Virus record (IMG/VR): IMGVR_UViG_3300021964_007043
Direction: 5' to 3' (one strand)
DNA from: a virus
Length of the DNA: 64,000 bases
Positions within the stretch are counted from its first letter, which is position 1; each line of letters begins with the position of its first letter. Below, piece by piece: positions 28,972 through 37,672 of this stretch. The notes below the pieces were generated by a model, which saw only the letters and a program-made list of their open reading frames with translations, made no database searches and was not told where the DNA came from. The translations under genes were made by a program, and so were the position numbers.

Positions 28972-29444
28972 TCTTCCTTGTGATCTAAATCTTTATAAAC
29001 ATAACAGTTAGGCCCGAACTCCATTCCTTCGTCAAAAAACTCACTAGTTTTTTTAAATCCTACCTTTTCGTATGCCGGCAACGCTTCTTTTCTAGGTATA
29101 CTCCAAATAGCTTTGCATTTTTCTTTTATTGCCTGACCGTGAAGTTCGCAGAACAAAACTCCGCTTACTCCTAGTTTTCTATATCGAGGATCTACCCAGA
29201 TGCCTCTACTCCTGTACAAATCGTCTGTTGTTCTATGACCGCTATTTACACCTACTATTTCTCCGACTACATTATATACTGCAAAAAATGTAGGAGAATA
29301 TTTTTTGTATATTTCCATATCAAATCCACCTTGATACATCATACTACTCATTGGTTTGATTTCACTGGTCCTATTAGGCCATAACTTTTCCTGCCAAAAA
29401 GGCAGTATAGTTTCAAAATCTACAACTCCGCTACGACCTTTCAT
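28962..29444 (-). CDS. GNAT-family acetyltransferase
   Basis: RGIWVDPRYRKLGVS (motif A), A..AYEKVGF (motif B). Start ATG 29444 overlaps the upstream TGA. Confidence 0.85.
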   Translation of the reverse strand: MKGRSGVVDFETILPFWQEKLWPNRTSEIKPMSSMMYQGGFDMEIYKKYSPTFFAVYNVVGEIVGVNSGHRTTDDLYRSRGIWVDPRYRKLGVSGVLFCELHGQAIKEKCKAIWSIPRKEALPAYEKVGFKKTSEFFDEGMEFGPNCYVYKDLDHKEECI

Positions 29445-30097
29445 TTTGCCTCCAGGTGCTTTATTGTACACTTATAGTTATTCTCGGTTAACGGTATGTT
29501 TAATACAAGTTGAACTGAATCGTCTACAAATGAAAACACACTATGTTCTTTTCTTGTGTTTATAAAGTAAGGTCTTCCAGGTTCTAAAGGAATAACACGA
29601 TCTTCGTATATAAACTTAAACTGGCCTTTATTGCAGTTATGACACATTGTAAGTATACGAAAACACGTTGCATTAAGTATTTTTCCGTCTCGATGAGGCG
29701 GGAAAAAACCGCCCTTATTTAGGCGTATAAAGTGTGAACGTCCAAGAGTATCAAATATATCTAAAAGCGGCTGTATGACGCTTATATTGCTTGCAACAGG
29801 TGTTTTTACGTTGATATTAACTTCGTTTATGTTTGTATTATTCTGTTTGTTATACTCGAACAAGCTATCTAAATCTGGAATGCCGCTAAGATTACCATCT
29901 AAACTTGTAACACTTAGTCCTTGTCTATTGTTAGGTTTTCTTGGGTTATATTGCTTCCAATCTTCAGAAAACTGGTTTAGTTCTTCTTTAAGTTTATTAA
30001 CATTAAGACAAAAGTCTAGAGGAACAATGTCCCCTAGACTTGCTAAATGCAATAACAGATTTGAATCTGTATTAGTCAATAGTTTTACCTTCGACAT
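29441..30097 (-). CDS. AspH-like Fe(II)/2OG oxygenase
   Basis: GRSHFIRLNKGGFFPPHRD and YFINTRKEHSVFS. Start placed at ATG 30097. Confidence 0.75.
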   Translation of the reverse strand: MSKVKLLTNTDSNLLLHLASLGDIVPLDFCLNVNKLKEELNQFSEDWKQYNPRKPNNRQGLSVTSLDGNLSGIPDLDSLFEYNKQNNTNINEVNINVKTPVASNISVIQPLLDIFDTLGRSHFIRLNKGGFFPPHRDGKILNATCFRILTMCHNCNKGQFKFIYEDRVIPLEPGRPYFINTRKEHSVFSFVDDSVQLVLNIPLTENNYKCTIKHLEAK

Positions 30098-31097
30098 ATG
30101 TTGCAGTCGACCATTCCATGTTATTCTTAGCAAAATCTGTCAAATATGTTAAGCGTTCTTTAGTAACATATTTGTATAATGAATCCATAATGATATTTGA
30201 CTCGTCACCGAAGTACATAGGATAGTCACCTAGTTTGCTAACAAGATAAGCACGACTTTCGTCATTGGCCATCATGCGTTCAAAAGCATTAATCACTTCT
30301 GCTGTATTAGCACCTGGATGCATAAACAAACCTTTTTGTAAACCATCTCTCCATACTGCTGCAAGAATATATGCTTCAAATACAGGACCCTTTGGCTCTT
30401 TACCAAACTCTTTAGTATATAGATCTACAGCCGTTGGAGTATCAGGCCAGTTGTAGTCTTGTACAAATCCATTGTCTGGTGTAAACATACCGTGATTGAA
30501 TAAACGAACTGCTTCGCCTTCTTCTACCATTGGAGCAGTATTTTTAATATGTCTGCTTGCTGGCTCACGGATATATTTAAAGTCTCCACGCAACCAAGCC
30601 TGTTGTGCTTCACCAGCACTCATTTTGCGAATAAAGTTAATGTTGTCCCAACCCTTTAGCATAGTCCATGCAAGTGTTTCTGGAACACAGCCAGAACAAT
30701 CTGCTAGATTTAAAGTTTCGTTTTTCCAATCCCAATCTGATGCAACTGTTGTTGTGATATTGTATGGTTGTACAAGTACCGGCTCCCAATCTTTGAAACT
30801 CCAGTTTACATCTTCAATCAACCATGCATTGGCATTACCACCATGTGCAAGTAGAATAGTTTTTGGATCGTCTTTGTACTTTGTGTTAAAAGTTTCAAGT
30901 CCTACATTTCCTTTACCGCCTTTGATGTTTTCAACAATAACTCGTTCACCGAGATATTTTTCAAGTTCAGCGGCTACAACATCTCCCCATATAGCGGTAC
31001 CTGTGCCTTTAGGACTTGGTACTACGAGTCTGTAATCAGCCATTGCAGTCCCCACGGTTAAGAAAAGTGTCATAATTGCAGTTAGAATATATTTCAT
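30072..31097 (-). CDS. tctC: Tripartite tricarboxylate transporter substrate-binding protein (TctC/Bug-like)
   Basis: Signal peptide, then LVVP..KGTGT...LEKYLGERVIVENIKGGKG..G. Adjacent to a tctA-like gene. Confidence 0.7.
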   Translation of the reverse strand: MKYILTAIMTLFLTVGTAMADYRLVVPSPKGTGTAIWGDVVAAELEKYLGERVIVENIKGGKGNVGLETFNTKYKDDPKTILLAHGGNANAWLIEDVNWSFKDWEPVLVQPYNITTTVASDWDWKNETLNLADCSGCVPETLAWTMLKGWDNINFIRKMSAGEAQQAWLRGDFKYIREPASRHIKNTAPMVEEGEAVRLFNHGMFTPDNGFVQDYNWPDTPTAVDLYTKEFGKEPKGPVFEAYILAAVWRDGLQKGLFMHPGANTAEVINAFERMMANDESRAYLVSKLGDYPMYFGDESNIIMDSLYKYVTKERLTYLTDFAKNNMEWSTATYVEGKTID

Positions 31098-31114
31098 GTG
31101 TTTTTTTCTCCTTT

Positions 31115-32536
31115 TTATTTTCTAACATATTTTACTCCAGCGTAAGCTATTAAAAGTGTTAGGAGAAACAAACTTAAGAAAATTGGTCTCTCCATTAAAC
31201 TAATAACATTATACAACGAAACCGTCTGTATTGTCAAGGCCTCAATCTTAGAAAATAAGATAAAAGCCAACAGCATCGCTGGTCTGTTTAGTTCAAATCG
31301 TTTGGAAAGTAGGCCAATCGTTGAACATACTGCCAATGTGGCAATATCATAGTATGTATGCGATACTTGATAACAAGCCCAACAAATAAGAACAAGTATC
31401 AAAGGCGCATAAATTTTTGTAGGAATTTTTAGTAGCAGTATAATCGGTTTGCTTAATGCTACGCATAGTAAGCCTACTAGTACAGTGCCACCTAAAAATC
31501 CCGTTGCAAGATATTTATAAAAGTCGGTATCTGACTGTATAGAAACTGAGCCTAAATCAAAGTGTAGCAGATAAAAAATGCTTAGTATTACAGCCGCAAA
31601 TGGTGTACCAGGAATACCAAACACAACAGTAGGTACAAAACTAGCCGCATGTACTGCATTGTTTGCACCCTCAGGACCAACTACTCCTGCAATATTACCA
31701 TATCCAAATTTTCTTTTTTGATAGGTAAATTTTGTTTGAGCATAACTTAACCAATCTGCAACTACACCATGCACTCCGGGAACTGCACCAACTATTGCTC
31801 CTATTATGCCTCCCTGCAAACTTACACGCCAGTATTTTCTCCAAGCACCTATTCCTAGTTTTACTTGTTGCCAACTAGGATTAAGTTTTTGCATTTTTGA
31901 CTTTGAAAAGAACATATAAAAAAGTTCTGGCACTGCAAATATTCCACTTGCAAAAATAAGAACACTGATGCCATCTTTTAGATATTCTGTGCCAAAAGTT
32001 AATCTTGGAGCATTGTTTTCATCTATACCAACATAACCAAAAACAAATCCTATTAGGATACTCACAATACCTAAACCTATCTTTCCTTTTACTAAAAAGA
32101 TCACACAGGTAAGTGCAAGTATGTTAAGCATCAATAGTTCAGGTATGCCAAACACAAGAAGTAATTTGCTATACAATGGCATGAATAGGAATACTATACT
32201 ACCAAACAACAAGCCACTAAATGTACTACTGGTAAAAGCTGCACTCAGAGCCATTGTAGCCTTGCCTTTTTGCGCCAGAGGATATCCGTCTACAATAGTT
32301 GCGGCGCTTGAACTTGACCCAGGTATGCCGAGTAAGATACTACTCCATGTATCACCTGTGGTACAGGCTGCTATCATTGCTGTATAAAATGCAACACCTA
32401 GATAAGGATTGTCATAGAACAATGGAAAGAAAGCATATGATGTTAGAAGTGCTGTGGTAGGACCTGCTGTTGGAATCACACCAAAAACCAATCCCCATAA
32501 TACTCCTAGAACAATAATAAGTAGAACTTCTAACAT
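31115..32536 (-). CDS. tctA: Tripartite tricarboxylate transporter permease TctA
   Basis: G.IP..G, SILLGIPG..SSAATIVDGYPLAQKG, GPEGANNA, P..FGIPG; multiple TM helices. Confidence 0.9.
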   Translation of the reverse strand: MLEVLLIIVLGVLWGLVFGVIPTAGPTTALLTSYAFFPLFYDNPYLGVAFYTAMIAACTTGDTWSSILLGIPGSSSSAATIVDGYPLAQKGKATMALSAAFTSSTFSGLLFGSIVFLFMPLYSKLLLVFGIPELLMLNILALTCVIFLVKGKIGLGIVSILIGFVFGYVGIDENNAPRLTFGTEYLKDGISVLIFASGIFAVPELFYMFFSKSKMQKLNPSWQQVKLGIGAWRKYWRVSLQGGIIGAIVGAVPGVHGVVADWLSYAQTKFTYQKRKFGYGNIAGVVGPEGANNAVHAASFVPTVVFGIPGTPFAAVILSIFYLLHFDLGSVSIQSDTDFYKYLATGFLGGTVLVGLLCVALSKPIILLLKIPTKIYAPLILVLICWACYQVSHTYYDIATLAVCSTIGLLSKRFELNRPAMLLAFILFSKIEALTIQTVSLYNVISLMERPIFLSLFLLTLLIAYAGVKYVRK

Positions 32537-32542
32537 ATTACT

Positions 32543-32571
32543 ATTATACTATAAAACTGAGGAAGTGTCAA
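32543..32571 (-). promoter_or_regulatory. Sigma70 consensus promoter of the tctA operon, probably leaderless
   Basis: TTGACA (32571-66), N17, TATAAT (32548-43). ATG at 32536. Confidence 0.8.
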
Positions 32572-33502
32572 ATATTTTTGTGTAATTAACAAATCCACAA
32601 AATCCATTCTTAACTAAACTAAACAACTCTCGAGGATAATGTTTATACATATTTTCCTCCATTTTATAATAAATTTCTAAATAAAAATCATCTGATGGAT
32701 GAAAATGATCTGTTTTTGATTTGAATATAAGTTCAGGCCATTCGCTGTTTTTTAAAGCAATAGTATTACACACTCCTTTGTTTTGTTTACCATAACTTAG
32801 CAAAGGGTGTGTTGCTTGACTTTTTATTAAAGGTAGGGTGCTATTAAAAAAAGTCCACATACCTTGTTTTCCTGTTTCTTCACCGTATAACCACCAAATC
32901 ATTTCTGTAGGAGGACACGGTATAACTACTTCTTTGTCCCAGTCTTCACCTATACAGTTTTCTATAGTTTTACGATATATCCAGCCATCTTTTTCAAGTT
33001 CGCCTAGTCCTCCTACAATAAACTGCTCATTTGGAATCTTATCAAACATACCCATGCTAATAAGGAACCCTCTACTCATATTACCTAGTTTTACACTGTA
33101 ATATTTCATTCGTTCTAAGCATTCGTCGTAGTCGGCTTCGAACCCAATCCAATCATAACCAAGATCATATGCTAGTTTCATACTTTTTTCTTTATAACTA
33201 GAATCAGCCCAAGGATAGTCTTCGTAATATATAGTAGCCTTTTTTCCGTTAGCATGAGCAGAACGTGCTACTATTTCACTATCACTTCCGCTTACAGGTA
33301 TTGCTAGATGTAGATCTGGAAGAAGAGATGCAGCACTGATGCATTCTTCTCTAAAGGATTTAGATTCAATAGAAATATTATTTAATATTTGATAATCAAA
33401 CTTTTCTAGTTTTTCTGATTTATCTAAAAAACTCTTAAAGTTTGCATATGGAACATTATTAACAGACCACCATATGTGTTCTGGAAGATTTACATATTTC
33501 AT
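32549..33502 (-). CDS. Adenine-nucleotide alpha-hydrolase/PP-loop-like protein (degenerate)
   Basis: LAIPVSGSDSEIVA resembles SGGxDS; IVGGLGE. Confidence 0.4.
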   Translation of the reverse strand: MKYVNLPEHIWWSVNNVPYANFKSFLDKSEKLEKFDYQILNNISIESKSFREECISAASLLPDLHLAIPVSGSDSEIVARSAHANGKKATIYYEDYPWADSSYKEKSMKLAYDLGYDWIGFEADYDECLERMKYYSVKLGNMSRGFLISMGMFDKIPNEQFIVGGLGELEKDGWIYRKTIENCIGEDWDKEVVIPCPPTEMIWWLYGEETGKQGMWTFFNSTLPLIKSQATHPLLSYGKQNKGVCNTIALKNSEWPELIFKSKTDHFHPSDDFYLEIYYKMEENMYKHYPRELFSLVKNGFCGFVNYTKIFDTSSVL

Positions 33503-33511
33503 TAAAATACT

Positions 33512-33517
33512 TATTTA
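33512..33517 (-). promoter_or_regulatory. Late promoter box TAAATA
   Basis: 9 nt upstream of ATG 33502. Confidence 0.45.
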
Positions 33518-33521
33518 AGTA

Positions 33522-34742
33522 TTAGGACATTGCGTTCCAAGCTGAACCGTCGTAATAAACAACATAACTTCCGCCCGAACCTTTTGCAGCAGGATCCCAA
33601 GTTGCTCTATCAGCAACAGCAATCATTCCTTCTGCAACGTCTGTTGGTTCTGCATCTAAAGGAGTTAACATTAACTGTGAAGCAGACCATGTGCCGTATT
33701 TGTTACCTTCATATGTAATACCGGCAGTTGCTGTGGCGTTTGGAACTTGAAGTTGAACTTTAGCTGGTATTAAACTATTTGCTGCTGAACCATCTGCAAT
33801 AAATTTAATAAATCCGCCGTCTGAAATGGTTGAACCATCGTAGCCTGAAGCTACAAACTCTAGTAATCTGTCACCGTTTTGATATGTTGCAGGAGCACTA
33901 GTTGTTCCTCTATATTTAACACTTCTAAAATCAGCAACATTATCACTTTCGTGATATGTTTCTATACTAAAAGCAATGCCACTAGTTCCATTTCTAGCTA
34001 TGCTTAAAGTATTATTTTTGAATGTTCCGTCGTAGTCTGTTCCGCCAATCTGTACAGTATTTCCGTCATTTGCAACAATACCCAAAGTATCACCTTGTAG
34101 GTGTAATCTAGATGCTCCTGCATCTATTTTACGAGAATTTATAAATCCTGTTGGTCCATCTACGATTAAACTTGAATCATCGCCGAATACAGACCCCGAA
34201 AGTTCTCCAAATACTGTACCATTAACATTACCTGAAAGATCTCCGTCTACATTACCAATATGTTGTCCGACTGTAGTGCCTTCGAGTCTTCCGAAGAATC
34301 GAGCAGATACTGCATCTACCATTATAGTAGAATCGTCTGCAAATACACTACCTACTAAATCACCGCTAAAGGTAGTATCTCCACCTCCTACATTGTTTGC
34401 AGGAACCCAAGAAGTAGTTGCTGCATCAAATGCAAGAACTTGTCCGTCTAGTACTCCGCTAACTTCTACGTCTGATAAATCACCTAATGGAAGCTCACCT
34501 GCTACCCAATCGCCTGTTGCACTATCGTAAACTAGAACGTCACCGTCTTGCGGTAATGCGGCATCAACGTCATCTAGTTGATTAAGTGTATCAACAACTT
34601 CTCCTGATATTCTAATACCACCTAATGTGGTTCCATCACCTACATATAGTTCTGTGGTGTCTGTAACATAGATTAACTCGCCCTCGCTCGGCGTTATAAG
34701 TTGTCGTTGTGCGTCTGTACCGCGTCTTAGACGTAAAGCCAT
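33522..34742 (-). CDS. Tail fibre / receptor-binding-like virion protein
   Basis: N-terminal MALRLRRGT...GEL.Y.TDT.ELYVGDG (Mtd_N/hyaluronidase-N-like). Tandem L..L.DV...DG.VL..D..T..W repeats and GSVF.DDS repeats. AGGAG RBS and late box upstream. Confidence 0.75.
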   Translation of the reverse strand: MALRLRRGTDAQRQLITPSEGELIYVTDTTELYVGDGTTLGGIRISGEVVDTLNQLDDVDAALPQDGDVLVYDSATGDWVAGELPLGDLSDVEVSGVLDGQVLAFDAATTSWVPANNVGGGDTTFSGDLVGSVFADDSTIMVDAVSARFFGRLEGTTVGQHIGNVDGDLSGNVNGTVFGELSGSVFGDDSSLIVDGPTGFINSRKIDAGASRLHLQGDTLGIVANDGNTVQIGGTDYDGTFKNNTLSIARNGTSGIAFSIETYHESDNVADFRSVKYRGTTSAPATYQNGDRLLEFVASGYDGSTISDGGFIKFIADGSAANSLIPAKVQLQVPNATATAGITYEGNKYGTWSASQLMLTPLDAEPTDVAEGMIAVADRATWDPAAKGSGGSYVVYYDGSAWNAMS

Positions 34743-34772
34743 TATAATACTCCTAGAATATTCTCTTATATA

Positions 34773-34779
34773 TATTTAT
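34773..34779 (-). promoter_or_regulatory. Late promoter box ATAAATA for the tail-fibre-like gene
   Basis: ATAAATA followed by SD AGGAG (34753-34749). A second TAAATA lies at 34796-34791. Confidence 0.6.
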
Positions 34780-34789
34780 CTCATATTGA

Positions 34790-35101
34790 CTATTTACGTT
34801 TTTTCATAAATAGTCTAGTACGTTCTTTAACATCTTTGATGACTTTTTGGGTGTCCAAGCGAAAGTCAATATTGGAAATAGACTCGCTATATTCGTCAAA
34901 AAACGATGTTAAACTGTCTTCTACAGTTTCATCGCCTGTTAACTTAGTGCGATCTAAATCTATTTCCCATATTTTACCGTCATTAAATTCCACACGTATA
35001 GACACTAGATATTGTACAGGAATAGTCTGTATTTCAACATCACTAAATATTTCAGGCCAGTGTCTTACTACGTCGGGAGGTAGTTTACCATTACTGGACA
35101 C
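34790..35101 (-). CDS. Hypothetical phage protein
   Basis: 103-aa ORF in the minus-strand operon. Confidence 0.7.
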   Translation of the reverse strand: MSSNGKLPPDVVRHWPEIFSDVEIQTIPVQYLVSIRVEFNDGKIWEIDLDRTKLTGDETVEDSLTSFFDEYSESISNIDFRLDTQKVIKDVKERTRLFMKKRK

Positions 35102-35705
35102 TTTCTTCGGTCTTCTTTTTTCTCTTAGTAGGAACGAGTTCTTCTGCTTGTTCTCTTAGAGCCTTTGCTTCTTTAAATAAAGCATCAGCTTGTGACCGAT
35201 ATTGTGCCGCTAGTTGTTCGTCAGTAAGTACGCCATCTGTAGCAGGTGCTGGTGTAGCCTCTGTTGTATACTGTGCAACAGGATCTACTTCTGTTTCTAC
35301 AGGAGTATCAGTTGCTGGTGTTGTACGCATTGCAAGATCGCCTACCGTGACACCTTTTTGCTCTGCAATCATCTTGTTAAGCTCTGCAAGATTAATTGTA
35401 GTGTTACCGTTTGGTGTCATTTCAATGTCTGCTGACGGTACTTTGCGCATCTTTCCTGTAGTATGGAATCCAGCAAGCATATTACGCCCGTCTGGAAGAT
35501 ATGCACGAGCCATTGCTACCGCAAACTCTTCTGCTTCTTGTCCAGCAGCTGATTCGACTGCTTTAATAAGTGCATCATGCTCGTCTGCAGAAAGGTTTTC
35601 TGTTTGTACAACAACACAGTTTTCTGGTTCATCCGGAACTACTCTGTATGCTACAACAACCTTTCTTCTGTTTGAGGCAATTCTGCCTACATGTTTAAAT
35701 GCCAT
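35091..35705 (-). CDS. Hypothetical phage protein
   Basis: 204-aa ORF with AGGAG RBS and an acidic/Pro-Thr linker. Confidence 0.75.
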   Translation of the reverse strand: MAFKHVGRIASNRRKVVVAYRVVPDEPENCVVVQTENLSADEHDALIKAVESAAGQEAEEFAVAMARAYLPDGRNMLAGFHTTGKMRKVPSADIEMTPNGNTTINLAELNKMIAEQKGVTVGDLAMRTTPATDTPVETEVDPVAQYTTEATPAPATDGVLTDEQLAAQYRSQADALFKEAKALREQAEELVPTKRKKKTEESVQ

Positions 35706-35706
35706 T

Positions 35707-35955
35707 TTATGCTCCTTGTTGTGGTTGTGCCTTAGATACTGCTTCTAAGAACATTTCTAGTTTTGAATATGTCTGACCAACTGTCATCATTTCATTTGGC
35801 TTAAATGCGCCGCGCTGACTTGCAACATCGATAATACTTTTAAGATTTTGCAAATCTTGTACAGTTAAATCTGGACCTTGTTGTTGCGGTACCGCAGGTG
35901 CTTCTGTTGCCGCTTCTGGCGCAGTTGTTTCAGAAACTTTCTTTTCGTCGCTCAT
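35707..35955 (-). CDS. Hypothetical phage protein
   Basis: 82 aa, AGGAG RBS, TAAATA upstream at 35995-35990. Confidence 0.75.
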   Translation of the reverse strand: MSDEKKVSETTAPEAATEAPAVPQQQGPDLTVQDLQNLKSIIDVASQRGAFKPNEMMTVGQTYSKLEMFLEAVSKAQPQQGA

Positions 35956-35992
35956 ATTTTTAACTCCTTACTAATATATATGCGTACTTTAT

Positions 35993-36274
35993 TTAATTAT
36001 ATTTCAAATGTGGACAAGCCAACATGAAATAACTCATGTCTTTGTTTTGTTCAAACCCTACAGTAAGAACATTTACCATCTTTCTTTCATTGTCTAATAC
36101 AATATTTTTACCTAAATAGAATCTGTGTTTGCAGTTCTTTTTAATCCATTTAGCTAGACTTTCTTCTAAGTTGTATTTTTGTGGTAGGTTTATATAGTCA
36201 AAGTGAGGCGGAGCAGACTTTACTTGCCTCACTTTGAATACATTTAAAGGATTTGGTTCTTTCTTATGCAACAT
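35993..36274 (-). CDS. Hypothetical phage protein
   Basis: 93-aa ORF coupled to the VWA gene. Confidence 0.7.
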   Translation of the reverse strand: MLHKKEPNPLNVFKVRQVKSAPPHFDYINLPQKYNLEESLAKWIKKNCKHRFYLGKNIVLDNERKMVNVLTVGFEQNKDMSYFMLACPHLKYN

Positions 36275-37565
36275 TTTCTTCGTAGTGTGCAGTTATACCA
36301 AATGGTGCCTGTACATTTTTGTCATGGTGTGAGTGAATAACAAAGATTGTTTCACAGTAATCATCTTCACCCCAACTATCCCAAGCATAGCCGTCTGTGA
36401 ACATAATGAACTTTTTAGGAACAATATCGTTTTCTTTCATGTAGTGCCAGTTAGCCATAAAGTCGGTGCCGCCACCGCCCATGATTTCGTAGTCCATAAG
36501 ATCTTCACCGCCGTCTGCACTAAAGTCTTGCTCGTTATAAACTTTAGTATCAAAACACCAAATCTTGATATTGTAGTCTTTAAACTCGTCCATAATGCCT
36601 TTGATTTCACCTAAGAAGTCAGCAGCCTGCGGGTTACCAATACTACCACTCATATCAAGTGCAACACAAATATCAATAGTTGTGTCAAAGTTCATACCAG
36701 GCAAAATAGCACCAGTGTGCCAGCCTTTGCGTGATGGACGACTAAATGTAAAGTCGTTACGGATTGTTGATTGGATTTGTTGACGTAGTATTTCACGCCA
36801 GTTCATTTTAGGTTCTGTAAGCTCTTTAATCATGCGCTCAACACCTGCAGGAACGTTACCTGCGCCTGCCGATTGTGCGGCACTAAGCATACTTTCTTTT
36901 ACTTCATCGCGAATCTTGCGTAAATCTTCTTTAGAATAACTAGGACGCTTCTTGCTAGTTTTGTTACCGTTTGAATCTTCGCCTTCTTGGCCTTCGCTAC
37001 CGCCTTCGTTACCATCACCATCATCACCCCAGTCAAGATGCTCATCAAGCAGTTCGCCTAGTTGTTTAAGTTGTTCTTCATCATATTTTTTAAAGATGTC
37101 ATCGTAAACTTCTTCTGAAGTCCAACCTTCGTATTTAAAGTCTTGGAAACAATTTACTAGTTTGGGCATTTCGCCAATACGATCACGTACTAGTGTGTTG
37201 TTTACAATATAGTCTGCACTAATGTTGAAGATCATAGGATCACGGTCTTCTCTACGATCTAAGTGGTCAAATACGCAGTGCAGGATTTCGTGTGCAATAA
37301 CAAACTCGATTTCTTTGTTTGACATTGCATTAAAAAACTGTGTGTTGAAATAAAGGTTACGTCCGTCTACAGCGGCAGTAGGGCACCAGTCGTCTGCAGA
37401 TAAAATACGCAGTCGTGTTGCCATGTTACCGAAGAAAGGATGACGTAGTAGCAAACCTACTCGTGCAACAATAATGCGGTCAAGTACTTCTACACGCATT
37501 TCGTCAAGTTGTTCAGGAGTAATGTTGGGGTCTGGAGTCCAACTTGTTTTACTCATATCGCTCAT
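36264..37565 (-). CDS. DUF2201-type metallopeptidase-like plus VWA domain protein
   Basis: HExxH (AHEILH), MIDAS-like DMSGS and GGGGTDF. Adjacent to a MoxR ATPase. Confidence 0.85.
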   Translation of the reverse strand: MSDMSKTSWTPDPNITPEQLDEMRVEVLDRIIVARVGLLLRHPFFGNMATRLRILSADDWCPTAAVDGRNLYFNTQFFNAMSNKEIEFVIAHEILHCVFDHLDRREDRDPMIFNISADYIVNNTLVRDRIGEMPKLVNCFQDFKYEGWTSEEVYDDIFKKYDEEQLKQLGELLDEHLDWGDDGDGNEGGSEGQEGEDSNGNKTSKKRPSYSKEDLRKIRDEVKESMLSAAQSAGAGNVPAGVERMIKELTEPKMNWREILRQQIQSTIRNDFTFSRPSRKGWHTGAILPGMNFDTTIDICVALDMSGSIGNPQAADFLGEIKGIMDEFKDYNIKIWCFDTKVYNEQDFSADGGEDLMDYEIMGGGGTDFMANWHYMKENDIVPKKFIMFTDGYAWDSWGEDDYCETIFVIHSHHDKNVQAPFGITAHYEENVA

Positions 37566-37598
37566 TGTGCTATGTCCTCTATCTTACTTTATACTTAT

Positions 37599-37626
37599 AT
37601 TATACATTATTTACAGGATTTGTCAA
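37599..37626 (-). promoter_or_regulatory. Sigma70-type early promoter
   Basis: TTGACA (37626-21), N16, TATAAT (37604-599). Confidence 0.65.
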
Positions 37627-37630
37627 CCAT

Positions 37631-37667
37631 AAAAAAAAAGAGTGGGCTCAAAAGAACCCACTCTTTT
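37631..37667 (-). terminator. Rho-independent terminator after the MoxR gene
   Basis: GAGTGGG...CCCACTC stem followed by a T9 run on the minus strand. Confidence 0.85.
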
Positions 37668-37672
37668 GTACA

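Noticed and set aside
33522-34742. Diversity-generating retroelement suggested by the Mtd_N-like domain
   Set aside because: No reverse transcriptase and no VR/TR repeat pair was seen in the window.
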